From: Candidatus Yanofskybacteria bacterium RIFCSPHIGHO2_01_FULL_44_24
Lineage (GTDB): Bacteria > Patescibacteriota > Minisyncoccia > 2-02-FULL-40-12 > GWA2-44-9
Assembly (NCBI GenBank): GCA_001794215.1
Contig: MGJK01000002.1
Coordinates: forward strand, 3,310-67,309
Length of the DNA: 64,000 nucleotides
Reading direction: 5' to 3'
A model generated the notes under the pieces. The model saw only the letters and a program-made list of their open reading frames with translations, had not been told where the DNA came from and made no database searches. Every line of letters begins with the position of its first letter. Positions within the stretch are counted from its first letter, which is position 1. Shown here one piece after another: positions 31,985 through 39,928 of this stretch. Both the position numbers and the translations under genes were made by a program.

Positions 31985-33451
31985 CTATTCGGCCTTTTCT
32001 GTAAACTCGAACTCCACATTGTCTTTATTCACGGAAGCCCTAATTTTGCCGGAAAATTTCGGACGTCGATAAAGCTCTCTTGCTAACGGCCGTTTCAGTA
32101 TCGATTTGATCTTATGGTTCAGCAGTCTTGCTCCAACCTCCGGCCGATGCGCGCTTTTATCAAGTATATGCTGTTTTACGGCCCCATCTATATCGAGGCT
32201 GATTCCCTTGTCAAGAAGATTTTGACAGAAAAGTTCGACCTGGTCGTTGACTATTTGGAGAAGGACGGCTTTAGACAGTGGTCTGAAAACAACTACATCA
32301 TCCAACCTTCCGCGAAATTCCGGAGGAAATGTTTTTTCAAGCTCCTTCTCGGCTATTCCGAGGATTTTGTTTTCCAAATTCTCTAAGCCATCTTCTGTAC
32401 ATTCGGTTCTATCGGAAGAACTGCCCGATCTGGTCTGACCGAATCCGATCGATCGGCCCTTTAGAATATCACCCATAGTTCTCGCACCGACATTAGAAGT
32501 GAGAATGATGAAGCTGTTCCTAAGGTCGCTCTCTATCCCGTTAGCCAAGGTTACCTTGCCGTCTTCCATGATTTGAAGAAGCAATCTATGGATAGCCGGA
32601 TCAGCTTTTTCAATTTCATCAAAAAGGATTATTGCCATCGGGTCTTCGTTTTCAACGTCTTCATCGGCAGGTGTAAGCAGTTTGGGATTAAGCCGGCTCA
32701 GCTCCATATCGATATCGGATAGTTGCCATATAACCTGAGATTCTTTGATCCGCAACTCAACCGCCATTCTGCTGAATTCGGATAACTCTATTTCGGTCAT
32801 TTTGGTCAGGGCCTCTATGTCCCGCATGTCTATATTGGGCTTATGAGGAGGATCTCTTCGGTCCGCATTCATATTGCGGGAAATGTCAAAATAAAATTCC
32901 AGAGCGTCTCTTATCAAAAGAAGATCATTATTCAGGGTCATAATTTTTTCCTGATTTTTTTGAAATTCTCTTCTCAGGCCTTTTAGCTCTCTGAGCAACT
33001 CCATTTTTAAGCCCAATAACTTCTGAACTCTTGGATCCGGGTTATCAGCTTTCGGATTGACATCTCGTCCGTTCTTAAATATTACCTCGGGAGACAGAAG
33101 CGGTTTGTTGTCGAAGCCGATATAGCTTGGCGGAGCGCCAAGGAGAGTCTGAATAGTGTGGGGCTGGCTTAGCGTTTCACATTCTATTTTCGTTAAAGCA
33201 TCTTCGCTGCCAAAGTAAAACTCTGCCAAAGCGCGAGCTGTCTCCGTCTTCCCGACTCCGCTGGGACCCAAGAACAGTACGACGCCCACCGGTCCTCTTT
33301 TTTTAGTCTCTATTTTTCTGTTAAGCACTTCATTGTCTTGGATCAGGTTTGCAACGGTATAGACAGCCTTGGGTTGACCCCGAACTCTCTTAGATAAGTG
33401 GTCTTTAAGGCGTTCAATCTCGTTTAGAAAGTCATTACCACCCATAGACAC
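31985..33451 (-). CDS. Clp/Hsp100 D2-type AAA+ unfoldase (ClpA/ClpC second-module-only) with ClpP-docking IGF loop and a ~130-aa insertion
   Basis: GPSGVGKTE Walker A, ILFDEIEKA Walker B, LTSNVG sensor-1 and PEFRGRLD; a C-terminal GAR motif is present. KGRSIGFGQ aligns with the IGF/IGL ClpP-binding loop. Collinear with ClpA D2 by eye. Confidence 0.8.
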   Translation of the reverse strand: MSMGGNDFLNEIERLKDHLSKRVRGQPKAVYTVANLIQDNEVLNRKIETKKRGPVGVVLFLGPSGVGKTETARALAEFYFGSEDALTKIECETLSQPHTIQTLLGAPPSYIGFDNKPLLSPEVIFKNGRDVNPKADNPDPRVQKLLGLKMELLRELKGLRREFQKNQEKIMTLNNDLLLIRDALEFYFDISRNMNADRRDPPHKPNIDMRDIEALTKMTEIELSEFSRMAVELRIKESQVIWQLSDIDMELSRLNPKLLTPADEDVENEDPMAIILFDEIEKADPAIHRLLLQIMEDGKVTLANGIESDLRNSFIILTSNVGARTMGDILKGRSIGFGQTRSGSSSDRTECTEDGLENLENKILGIAEKELEKTFPPEFRGRLDDVVVFRPLSKAVLLQIVNDQVELFCQNLLDKGISLDIDGAVKQHILDKSAHRPEVGARLLNHKIKSILKRPLARELYRRPKFSGKIRASVNKDNVEFEFTEKAE

Positions 33452-33489
33452 CCCAGTTTATAAAGGAGCTTATTGCAGTATATCCATGA

Positions 33490-33575
33490 GAAATAAAAAA
33501 TCAACCCCGTTAGAGGTAGCCTCGCCAAGGTTCTTCGGACTCACGCCCCTGGGCGTGAGCGAGACCTCTAACGGG
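33490..33575 (-). terminator. second (nested double-hairpin) terminator downstream of Ubl operon
   Basis: On the minus strand: CCCCGTTAGAGGT…(inner CTCACGCCC/GGGCGTGAG hairpin)…ACCTCTAACGGGG followed by TTGATTTTTT. Confidence 0.5.
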
Positions 33576-33613
33576 GCTAACCCCGCTTTCCATTGGAAGT
33601 ATTCTCATACTTC

Positions 33614-33638
33614 CAAAAAAAGAACCCGTTTTCGGGTT
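33614..33638 (-). terminator. intrinsic terminator immediately after Ubl gene
   Basis: Minus strand: GAACCCG-AAAA-CGGGTTC followed by TTTTTTT. Confidence 0.7.
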
Positions 33639-33649
33639 CATGGGGTCGA

Positions 33650-33931
33650 TTAACCTCCAGAAAGGCGAGGCGCAATCGTTACCGTGGACGGCTGGACCAG
33701 TATAGGATTTTCCTTCAGCTCGCCCTCATGGTGGTTGATCAATCTTGAGTTGAGCAGAATAGAATGTCCGGCCAAGTTCAGACCGGGATGGGTCTTTAGA
33801 AACTTTTTCAGCAGGTCTGATAGCCGAGCGCCCGGCTCCAAGCTGACCTTCTCGGGCTTGCCGCCTATAGTGACGGTGTGTTCAAGCTCTTTTGTGCTTG
33901 GATTTCTATCCTTCGGTTTCTCTGTCTCCAT
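33650..33931 (-). CDS. ubiquitin-like / ThiS-MoaD-like beta-grasp protein ending in Gly-Gly
   Basis: 93 aa. The C-terminus …VTIAPRLSGG-stop is a free diglycine with no pro-sequence. A TVTIGG…beta-grasp-like core is present. Confidence 0.65.
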   Translation of the reverse strand: METEKPKDRNPSTKELEHTVTIGGKPEKVSLEPGARLSDLLKKFLKTHPGLNLAGHSILLNSRLINHHEGELKENPILVQPSTVTIAPRLSGG

Positions 33932-33956
33932 TGATTCTCCTTCTCCCCTCTCGTTT

Positions 33957-34613
33957 TTATATTATCTCTTTTTTATCCGTTTTTACAAGGGGAAGATCTT
34001 CGAAGTTGACGACTACTTCGAGGAATTTATCTCGAAAACTATCGTCCTTTTTGATAAGAATAAGAATTTTAGCCACAGCCGCCGCTACCGCCCAAAGAGC
34101 AGGCACTGTTTCTATTGTGGCACAGGCCGGGTTGAGGACTCTTTTATCGGAATACAGCATCTGTGCGTATTGGCTGATTGAACCTTGCTGGCGGGGGTTA
34201 AAAGCATAAACATAAGCCGTATTTCCACCCGTACGGGCCTCAATATAGTAAGAAACTGAAGCATCGTTTTTACAGGCTTCAAAGATTTCCCTTCTGGCGG
34301 CCATACTGTCCACCATTACGATGACTATTCCTCGCAGACGTAAAATGTCGCTTTGGTTTATTTTCACCGGCTCGGTTTTGATATTTTTTTCAGTCAGCAG
34401 GTAGACAATTTTCTTGAGCGAGTCTGCTTTCAAAGATCCGGCATCGGATAATCTGTAGAGCTGGTTATCGGTGTTATGGGATTCTACCTTGTCGTGGTCG
34501 AATACCTCGATTTCGCAGCCTATGGCATGAGCTATTTTGCTTATTAGAAGAGCCTGGAAGCTTCCCAAGCTTCCCGCGCCTATCAGGGTGATCTTTTCAG
34601 TCATCATCGTCAT
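33957..34613 (-). CDS. E1-like ubiquitin/ThiS-activating enzyme (ThiF/MoeB/HesA family)
   Basis: ITLIGAGSLGS Rossmann motif and FDHDKVESHNTDNQ (the DxDxVExSNLNRQ-type ATP-binding block). The protein is short (218 aa). Confidence 0.75.
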   Translation of the reverse strand: MTMMTEKITLIGAGSLGSFQALLISKIAHAIGCEIEVFDHDKVESHNTDNQLYRLSDAGSLKADSLKKIVYLLTEKNIKTEPVKINQSDILRLRGIVIVMVDSMAARREIFEACKNDASVSYYIEARTGGNTAYVYAFNPRQQGSISQYAQMLYSDKRVLNPACATIETVPALWAVAAAVAKILILIKKDDSFRDKFLEVVVNFEDLPLVKTDKKEII

Positions 34614-35205
34614 TTCCGGAAGTTTTAACTGGTTTTACAATCTTTACTTTTTGCTTGATTATTTCCGACATTCTTTCCTCATTATCTTTCAGCAGTCGCT
34701 CCAGCATCGACGGTGACAATTTTTCTGTAAACTCAAATTCTCTTATCAGTGTTCTTAAAAGAGGTTCCGGCCTGTAACGCCATAGTTCCATGTAGACTTG
34801 GCACCTCTTGTTCACTACCATAGCCAGCCACCAGTCGTAGTCTTGGCCTATAAGCCTCATAGTTGAAAGGTCTTCGTCGCTCAAACCCACCCCGGACCAC
34901 ACATGACTATGCCACCAAAGTCTTGCCTCCTGAATTATATTTTCCTGGCCGGCTAAAACCATTTTTTCCTGCCAGAGAAGATAAGCCGTTTCGTCGAATG
35001 TAGTTTTCACGAGGCTACAGGTCTGATCAAATACGATCGGCTCCCCATGGATTACATAGATCGAATCTCTTTTTTCGATTTTGGCTAAGCCCGAGACTTC
35101 AACTTCGCACACCATGGCGGCAAGCATAATTTCCACAAAAGTTTTAGGTTCGAATACAATTCTTGCGTTCTTGGAATTTCCCAAGTTCATCATAACCCGC
35201 CCCAT
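34597..35205 (-). CDS. JAB/MPN (JAMM) metalloisopeptidase
   Basis: JAMM motif HSHVWSGVGLSDED (HxH-x7-S-xxD) with an upstream Glu in …CEVEVSG. Confidence 0.75.
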   Translation of the reverse strand: MGRVMMNLGNSKNARIVFEPKTFVEIMLAAMVCEVEVSGLAKIEKRDSIYVIHGEPIVFDQTCSLVKTTFDETAYLLWQEKMVLAGQENIIQEARLWWHSHVWSGVGLSDEDLSTMRLIGQDYDWWLAMVVNKRCQVYMELWRYRPEPLLRTLIREFEFTEKLSPSMLERLLKDNEERMSEIIKQKVKIVKPVKTSGNDDDD

Positions 35206-37022
35206 TGCGGCGTATAGCCGGACTTTGGATTTAATATTCCGGATTCGACAATTTTTTTCGCCACCAATAAAATATCGGCCACTTCGCCGGATAACTGAAG
35301 TCTCGCTATTTCTTGTATGGCGTCGCTTAGGGATTTGTTTTCGAAAATCGGCAGTTTAGGATCGGCTCCATCGGCCGAGAGGATCACATGTTTTAAAGTC
35401 GAGCTTAGTGATCCAAAATGTAACTCGGGCGGAGATTCCGGCTGAAGTCTCAAGATATAACCGAGAACTTTTTGGAGCGTTTCTCCGGAAGATTGTTCCG
35501 AATGAAAATATACCTGCAACTCATTTGGGGTTACTTCTATCCCGAAAACACCAGGACCATCTAAAAGCTCGACTACCCCTAACTGGGCCATGTAGCCGAT
35601 CTTATCGAGCTTTTGTTCTAAAATTTTTCCGTTTTCCCAAGTTTCTATTGCCGCATGATGCAAAGAAACTCTTTCTTGCTGAAGAAACGCCATGTCGTCT
35701 TTGAGCTTGTTTATTTTGGCTTTTAATTCGTTGGATCGACGGGCAAAAAGCTGGGTGCGGTATACGTCGATGAAGTGATTTTTTTCCCTTATTTTTTCTT
35801 CCGGACTTGAGTAGGTATCGGTATCTTCTTCTCGATCCCAGTCTGAAGTTTTGCGCTGATTCGGAGTACTGCTTTCTTTGATTAGGAAGGTAATCAGTAC
35901 ATGAACTAAGGCGGCGATATCCAGATCAATCATCAGTTGCTGGATGTCTCTGTTAAGACCATTGGTATTGTCTGTGCCGAAGCAAGTGTTAGCGCCATCT
36001 CTTGCATGGATGTGCTCATAGGGTCCGCGGTAGCGTTTTTGCATAAATCTTATACCATTCAAGTCTTTTGATGCGGGGTCGATCATTATTTCGTATTTAC
36101 CGAGATCATATCTATGAGATTTTACAAGATCATTGTCCGGAACCTGAAATATTCTGCCGGTGCTTATGATTATCTTGGGAAGAGCGGTATCTTCGCCGAT
36201 TATCCTCACCGTTTCCACGGCCTCCATGGCCAATATCTTTTCAAATTCTGCCTCAAGGTTCGTTTCCGCCAATCTGGCTGTGACATTTTTTATGCGCTCT
36301 TCTGCATCGGCAAGCTCCAGAGCCCTTTTATAGTAGTCATATCTCCTTGTCAGGGTTTTAGCCGTCAGTTTTTCAAGTTCTTCGGAGTTCTTGGTTATCC
36401 TTTGGGTCATGAAATTAAGAAAGTATTTTCTCATTTCGGACTCGATATCTTTTCTGCCGTCCCCTTTTCTTATTTTTTGGCAATTCAGTTCTCCGAGCCG
36501 GCGGTACGAATCTTTCCAATCAATCGCTCCATCCATTCGGCCGGCATAAATTATATGGGGGAGGCTCCAGTACAAAATCCAGTTGAGCATTTTATAGTCT
36601 TCCGTATTAGAAACTCCCCCTAATACGCCCGGAAAAACATAAAGATCTCTTTGTAGGATCCAGCCGATCGTATAACCTTCCGGAGAATCGATCGGTATCC
36701 CGAAGTTAGCCTTAGCTTCTTCAAGCGAAGGAGATTCAGGAGACAGTTTCTGGCCAAAAAGCGTTTGCGGACGCCGTCTATTCTTCTGCTTAGACTTTTC
36801 CAGGTAGCTGTTTACGTGAATGTAGACGGTATTGTCGGCCGGATTTGATGTGCCTGAAAACATGCCGTTGGGCATGTCTATAGATAGTTTAATATTCAGC
36901 GCCGCGCCGATACGGTTTAGAAAATGCAGGAATTTTCGAAGACTCAGCGCGTCTTGAGGACTGGCGCAGTTTTCTTCGTTTACCGTAGCATGTTCAAATC
37001 CGCGGGAATCAGTCTCTTTCAT
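35190..37022 (-). CDS. large hypothetical protein (610 aa) co-operonic with JAB/E1/Ubl; possible E2/E3-like or adaptor
   Basis: Overlaps the JAB start. Contains long coiled-coil segments and a His…Cys block YEHIHARDGANTCFGT. No confident family assignment. Confidence 0.5.
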   Translation of the reverse strand: MKETDSRGFEHATVNEENCASPQDALSLRKFLHFLNRIGAALNIKLSIDMPNGMFSGTSNPADNTVYIHVNSYLEKSKQKNRRRPQTLFGQKLSPESPSLEEAKANFGIPIDSPEGYTIGWILQRDLYVFPGVLGGVSNTEDYKMLNWILYWSLPHIIYAGRMDGAIDWKDSYRRLGELNCQKIRKGDGRKDIESEMRKYFLNFMTQRITKNSEELEKLTAKTLTRRYDYYKRALELADAEERIKNVTARLAETNLEAEFEKILAMEAVETVRIIGEDTALPKIIISTGRIFQVPDNDLVKSHRYDLGKYEIMIDPASKDLNGIRFMQKRYRGPYEHIHARDGANTCFGTDNTNGLNRDIQQLMIDLDIAALVHVLITFLIKESSTPNQRKTSDWDREEDTDTYSSPEEKIREKNHFIDVYRTQLFARRSNELKAKINKLKDDMAFLQQERVSLHHAAIETWENGKILEQKLDKIGYMAQLGVVELLDGPGVFGIEVTPNELQVYFHSEQSSGETLQKVLGYILRLQPESPPELHFGSLSSTLKHVILSADGADPKLPIFENKSLSDAIQEIARLQLSGEVADILLVAKKIVESGILNPKSGYTPQWGGL

Positions 37023-37054
37023 TCCACATCCTTTTTAAGGAACGGGCTATAGAG

Positions 37055-37083
37055 CTTATATGATAAAAAAATTGTTTTTGCAA
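37055..37083 (-). promoter_or_regulatory. putative sigma70-type promoter for the 610aa-JAB-E1-Ubl operon
   Basis: Minus strand TTGCAA-17 nt-TATAAG, located ~35 nt upstream of the start codon. Confidence 0.35.
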
Positions 37084-37109
37084 CCTCGCCAAGGCTTTGA
37101 GGCAGCGAT

Positions 37110-37143
37110 TTTAAAAACAAAAAACTCCGCATTTGCGGAGTTT
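37110..37143 (-). terminator. intrinsic terminator after AAA ATPase gene
   Basis: Minus strand CTCCGC-AAAT-GCGGAG followed by TTTTTTGTTTTT. Confidence 0.6.
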
Positions 37144-37151
37144 GAATATGT

Positions 37152-39119
37152 CTAAGATAGCTTGGGCTTGGCGGTATTGCTTTCCGCCCCGATTATTCCA
37201 AGGCTCCTGGCCGCTTTATACCATCTGCCCTCTTTAGGGATAAATCTCAAGCTGTTACAGAATGAAAGGGCGAGTAGGGTCATCTGGTTATGGATTAGCA
37301 TATCTCTTGGCGGGATATAGTCGTTTAGGGCTTCAAGCAGGTGTTTTCCGGAGAGAGCTTCATTCATTCCGGCCGAGTTTGCAATAGCTCTCCTGATTAT
37401 ATTTTCAATCTGGCCGCCGGTGAAATAAATTTCATCTTCTCCGTCCTTGTCCATATCTAATGCCAACGAGTGAAATTCATCCGGGTCGCATTTACGAATT
37501 TCTTGACTAATAAGGTGGCAATGGGACATCCGGGCGAATTCTCTGACTAATTTAAGTTCGACTTCAGAGGTTTTCAGCGGAGAATTTGTCGCATCGGACA
37601 GGACGGCATATTTGTACAAAAGAGCTCCGACGATATCGACCCTCTCTTTGGCTGAAGGAGGGAAGAACGGTATCTTATCATCAAATCTTCCGTCTCTGAG
37701 CAGGGCCGGATCTATGAGGTCGGGCCTATTAGATGCCGCAATCCACATGACTTTCCCGCGCAAATTGGTATCGGACATGAACATGAATAATCTTCCCTGA
37801 AGCCTGTTATTGACCCCGGAGTCCCCCACTGGAGCCTCTGATCTCGTCTGCAGTTCTTGATCAATCTCATCCATAAACACGACCACCGGAGCAAGCACTA
37901 AAATCAATTCGAGGGCGAAGTCTAAGTTTCTTTCCGATTGTCCGACCCATTTTTCCCGGATATTCTTCAGGGTTACGAATGGAACTTCGGCTTCATATGC
38001 CACTGACTGGGCAAAAACAGTTTTGCCCGTTCCGGGAGCTCCGAGCAGAAGTACTCCGGTAGGTATTGAGGAAAGATTGCCCGCCCGCATGTGTTCCACG
38101 ACACGAGCGATATAACGCTTATGCTCGTCGAGGCCGCCTATCGCTTTTATTCCGCAGATCGGCCTGATTACCTCAACTAATCCTCCGGATTGTTCTTCGA
38201 TAAATTTTTTCTTTCTTTCAAACAGAACTCTGTGGGTTATCGGTTCGGATTTGTAAGATGATTCTTTGACCAGGCTCGTGATCGCATTTATGGACATTCC
38301 AGCAGAGTGTTGGGCGAAGGCTCGAACGTCTAAATTTCTCGATGTTTCTCGGCCTTTTAAAAGCCACCCATACAGGAGGGCTCTTTTTGTTTGATCCGGA
38401 AAGTCTATCTTCACCGGGACTATTCCATGTGTCTCCGATTCCAATTGATTCGCTACCGAAGTCAGGCCCTCGGTCAAAAGAAATAAGATATTCCGGGATA
38501 AGCGTATCGACTGATCTTTTGATATAGTCAGCAGGTATACAAGTGCGGATCGGTCGTCGGACGAAGAAGAATGGGCAGAATTCGGCGGTACGATTGTCTC
38601 AAGATATTCGAACACTGCTCCGAAGAACGGCTTATGGGATTTATCGGCCAAGAACTTTTTAAATTCTTCCGGTTCCCGATCTTCGCGTATCAGCTCTGAC
38701 ATCTCGGCTTTTTTATCAATAATTTTGGTGACGTCTTTCCAGCCGATTCTTAGCATGTGGGAGAAGAGCTTAAGAGCGTAGCCAAGAGAATGTCTTTTTG
38801 CATGAAATTCTTCAACGGCCTCGTTTCCCCCGCCTAATGCCGGCGGAAGTTTCTTTGATTTAACGATGGCCAAAAACTTGAGGAATTTTTCCTCCGATTT
38901 TTCACTGGCGAATCGGATACCCTCGCCTATGTTGTAAAAGGCGACGAACTCAGCCTCAGATAGCGGCGAATTATTCAAGATCAGGTCATTAATTGATTCG
39001 AGTCGGGTATTGCTCCCTCTCGATACTAAAAAGGCATCAGACACGTTCAGGTGCAGCAAGAACGTATGAGATGCCCCTGATTTGAATTTATTGTCAATTT
39101 CCTTGAGCCAGCCTTCCAT
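37152..39119 (-). CDS. classical AAA family ATPase (Cdc48/FtsH/PAN-like single AAA module) with ~330-aa N-terminal domain
   Basis: Walker A LLLGAPGTGKT, Walker B VVFMDEID, and second region of homology ASNRPDLIDPALLRDGRFD. Confidence 0.8.
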   Translation of the reverse strand: MEGWLKEIDNKFKSGASHTFLLHLNVSDAFLVSRGSNTRLESINDLILNNSPLSEAEFVAFYNIGEGIRFASEKSEEKFLKFLAIVKSKKLPPALGGGNEAVEEFHAKRHSLGYALKLFSHMLRIGWKDVTKIIDKKAEMSELIREDREPEEFKKFLADKSHKPFFGAVFEYLETIVPPNSAHSSSSDDRSALVYLLTISKDQSIRLSRNILFLLTEGLTSVANQLESETHGIVPVKIDFPDQTKRALLYGWLLKGRETSRNLDVRAFAQHSAGMSINAITSLVKESSYKSEPITHRVLFERKKKFIEEQSGGLVEVIRPICGIKAIGGLDEHKRYIARVVEHMRAGNLSSIPTGVLLLGAPGTGKTVFAQSVAYEAEVPFVTLKNIREKWVGQSERNLDFALELILVLAPVVVFMDEIDQELQTRSEAPVGDSGVNNRLQGRLFMFMSDTNLRGKVMWIAASNRPDLIDPALLRDGRFDDKIPFFPPSAKERVDIVGALLYKYAVLSDATNSPLKTSEVELKLVREFARMSHCHLISQEIRKCDPDEFHSLALDMDKDGEDEIYFTGGQIENIIRRAIANSAGMNEALSGKHLLEALNDYIPPRDMLIHNQMTLLALSFCNSLRFIPKEGRWYKAARSLGIIGAESNTAKPKLS

Positions 39120-39928
39120 TAGCGGATCCCTTTTTGATATATGGCGTCGATAATCGGATCGCCGGGGAGAAGCACTTTATCTATCATCCCCGCTTCAAGG
39201 GCCTCTTCGGGTGCCATCAGCGTCTCGTTGTCGATGAAAGCCTTAACTAATTTGACCCTCTCTTTCTTATTTTTTAATAGATTCTTATCGTAACCCGCAA
39301 GATCCATTCTTTTAACCTGGAGCTCCGGTATTTTAGAATTGTCAGAAATCATTTCATAAATAGTCTGATTAAGCCGCGATTGGTATTTATGGACTTCTTC
39401 TATATCGTGTTCTCTTGCTCCGCCGGCGCCTCTTAGTCCGAAGTGGGTATGGGTTAATGTATTTTCAAGCGCATAGCGCCTTCTCGGAGTACCCATCATC
39501 AGGATTATTCCTCCCATACTCATGCTCTGGCACAGGTTTACTGTCCAGACCTCGATACCCTTTGCCTTAAGGTGATTCATGGCTTGGATGATTGTGAACC
39601 CGGCCTGAATATCGCCTCCCGGACTGTTGATGACGATTTTCACGGGGTCTTTGCTCTCTGTTCCCAAGATCATCAAAGATCCGTAAACTTCTTCGGCTAC
39701 GCTTGGAAAACTGCTTGGTGAAGAAATCTGCTGACTCGATATGATCTGGCTGAAGATCGGTATTGTTCGAGCTTCGCGAGCCAAGAATACCCAAGGATCA
39801 ACAAGGGTTACGGGTTTTTCGCTCCAGGGCTTAACAAGCATGACTCGTCTCCTTTCGATAATGTAAAAGATCGGAATACCAAGCATAATTTCATATAATT
39901 TATTAAGGGTCAATAGGTGTTTAGGCAA
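39119..39928 (-). CDS. ClpP-like serine protease (S14 family) with ~70-aa N-terminal extension
   Basis: INSPGGDIQAGFTIIQAM resembles the ClpP YINSPGG block. A catalytic-Ser block CQSMSMGG and a downstream His region are present. The start overlaps the holA stop. Confidence 0.7.
   Translation of the reverse strand: MPKHLLTLNKLYEIMLGIPIFYIIERRRVMLVKPWSEKPVTLVDPWVFLAREARTIPIFSQIISSQQISSPSSFPSVAEEVYGSLMILGTESKDPVKIVINSPGGDIQAGFTIIQAMNHLKAKGIEVWTVNLCQSMSMGGIILMMGTPRRRYALENTLTHTHFGLRGAGGAREHDIEEVHKYQSRLNQTIYEMISDNSKIPELQVKRMDLAGYDKNLLKNKKERVKLVKAFIDNETLMAPEEALEAGMIDKVLLPGDPIIDAIYQKGIR

Noticed and set aside
33490-33640. Nested hairpin cluster interpreted initially as a candidate ncRNA
   Set aside because: Read on the minus strand, it resolves into two intrinsic terminators (a hairpin plus T-run each) directly after the Ubl gene stop, so a transcription-termination role is the simpler explanation.
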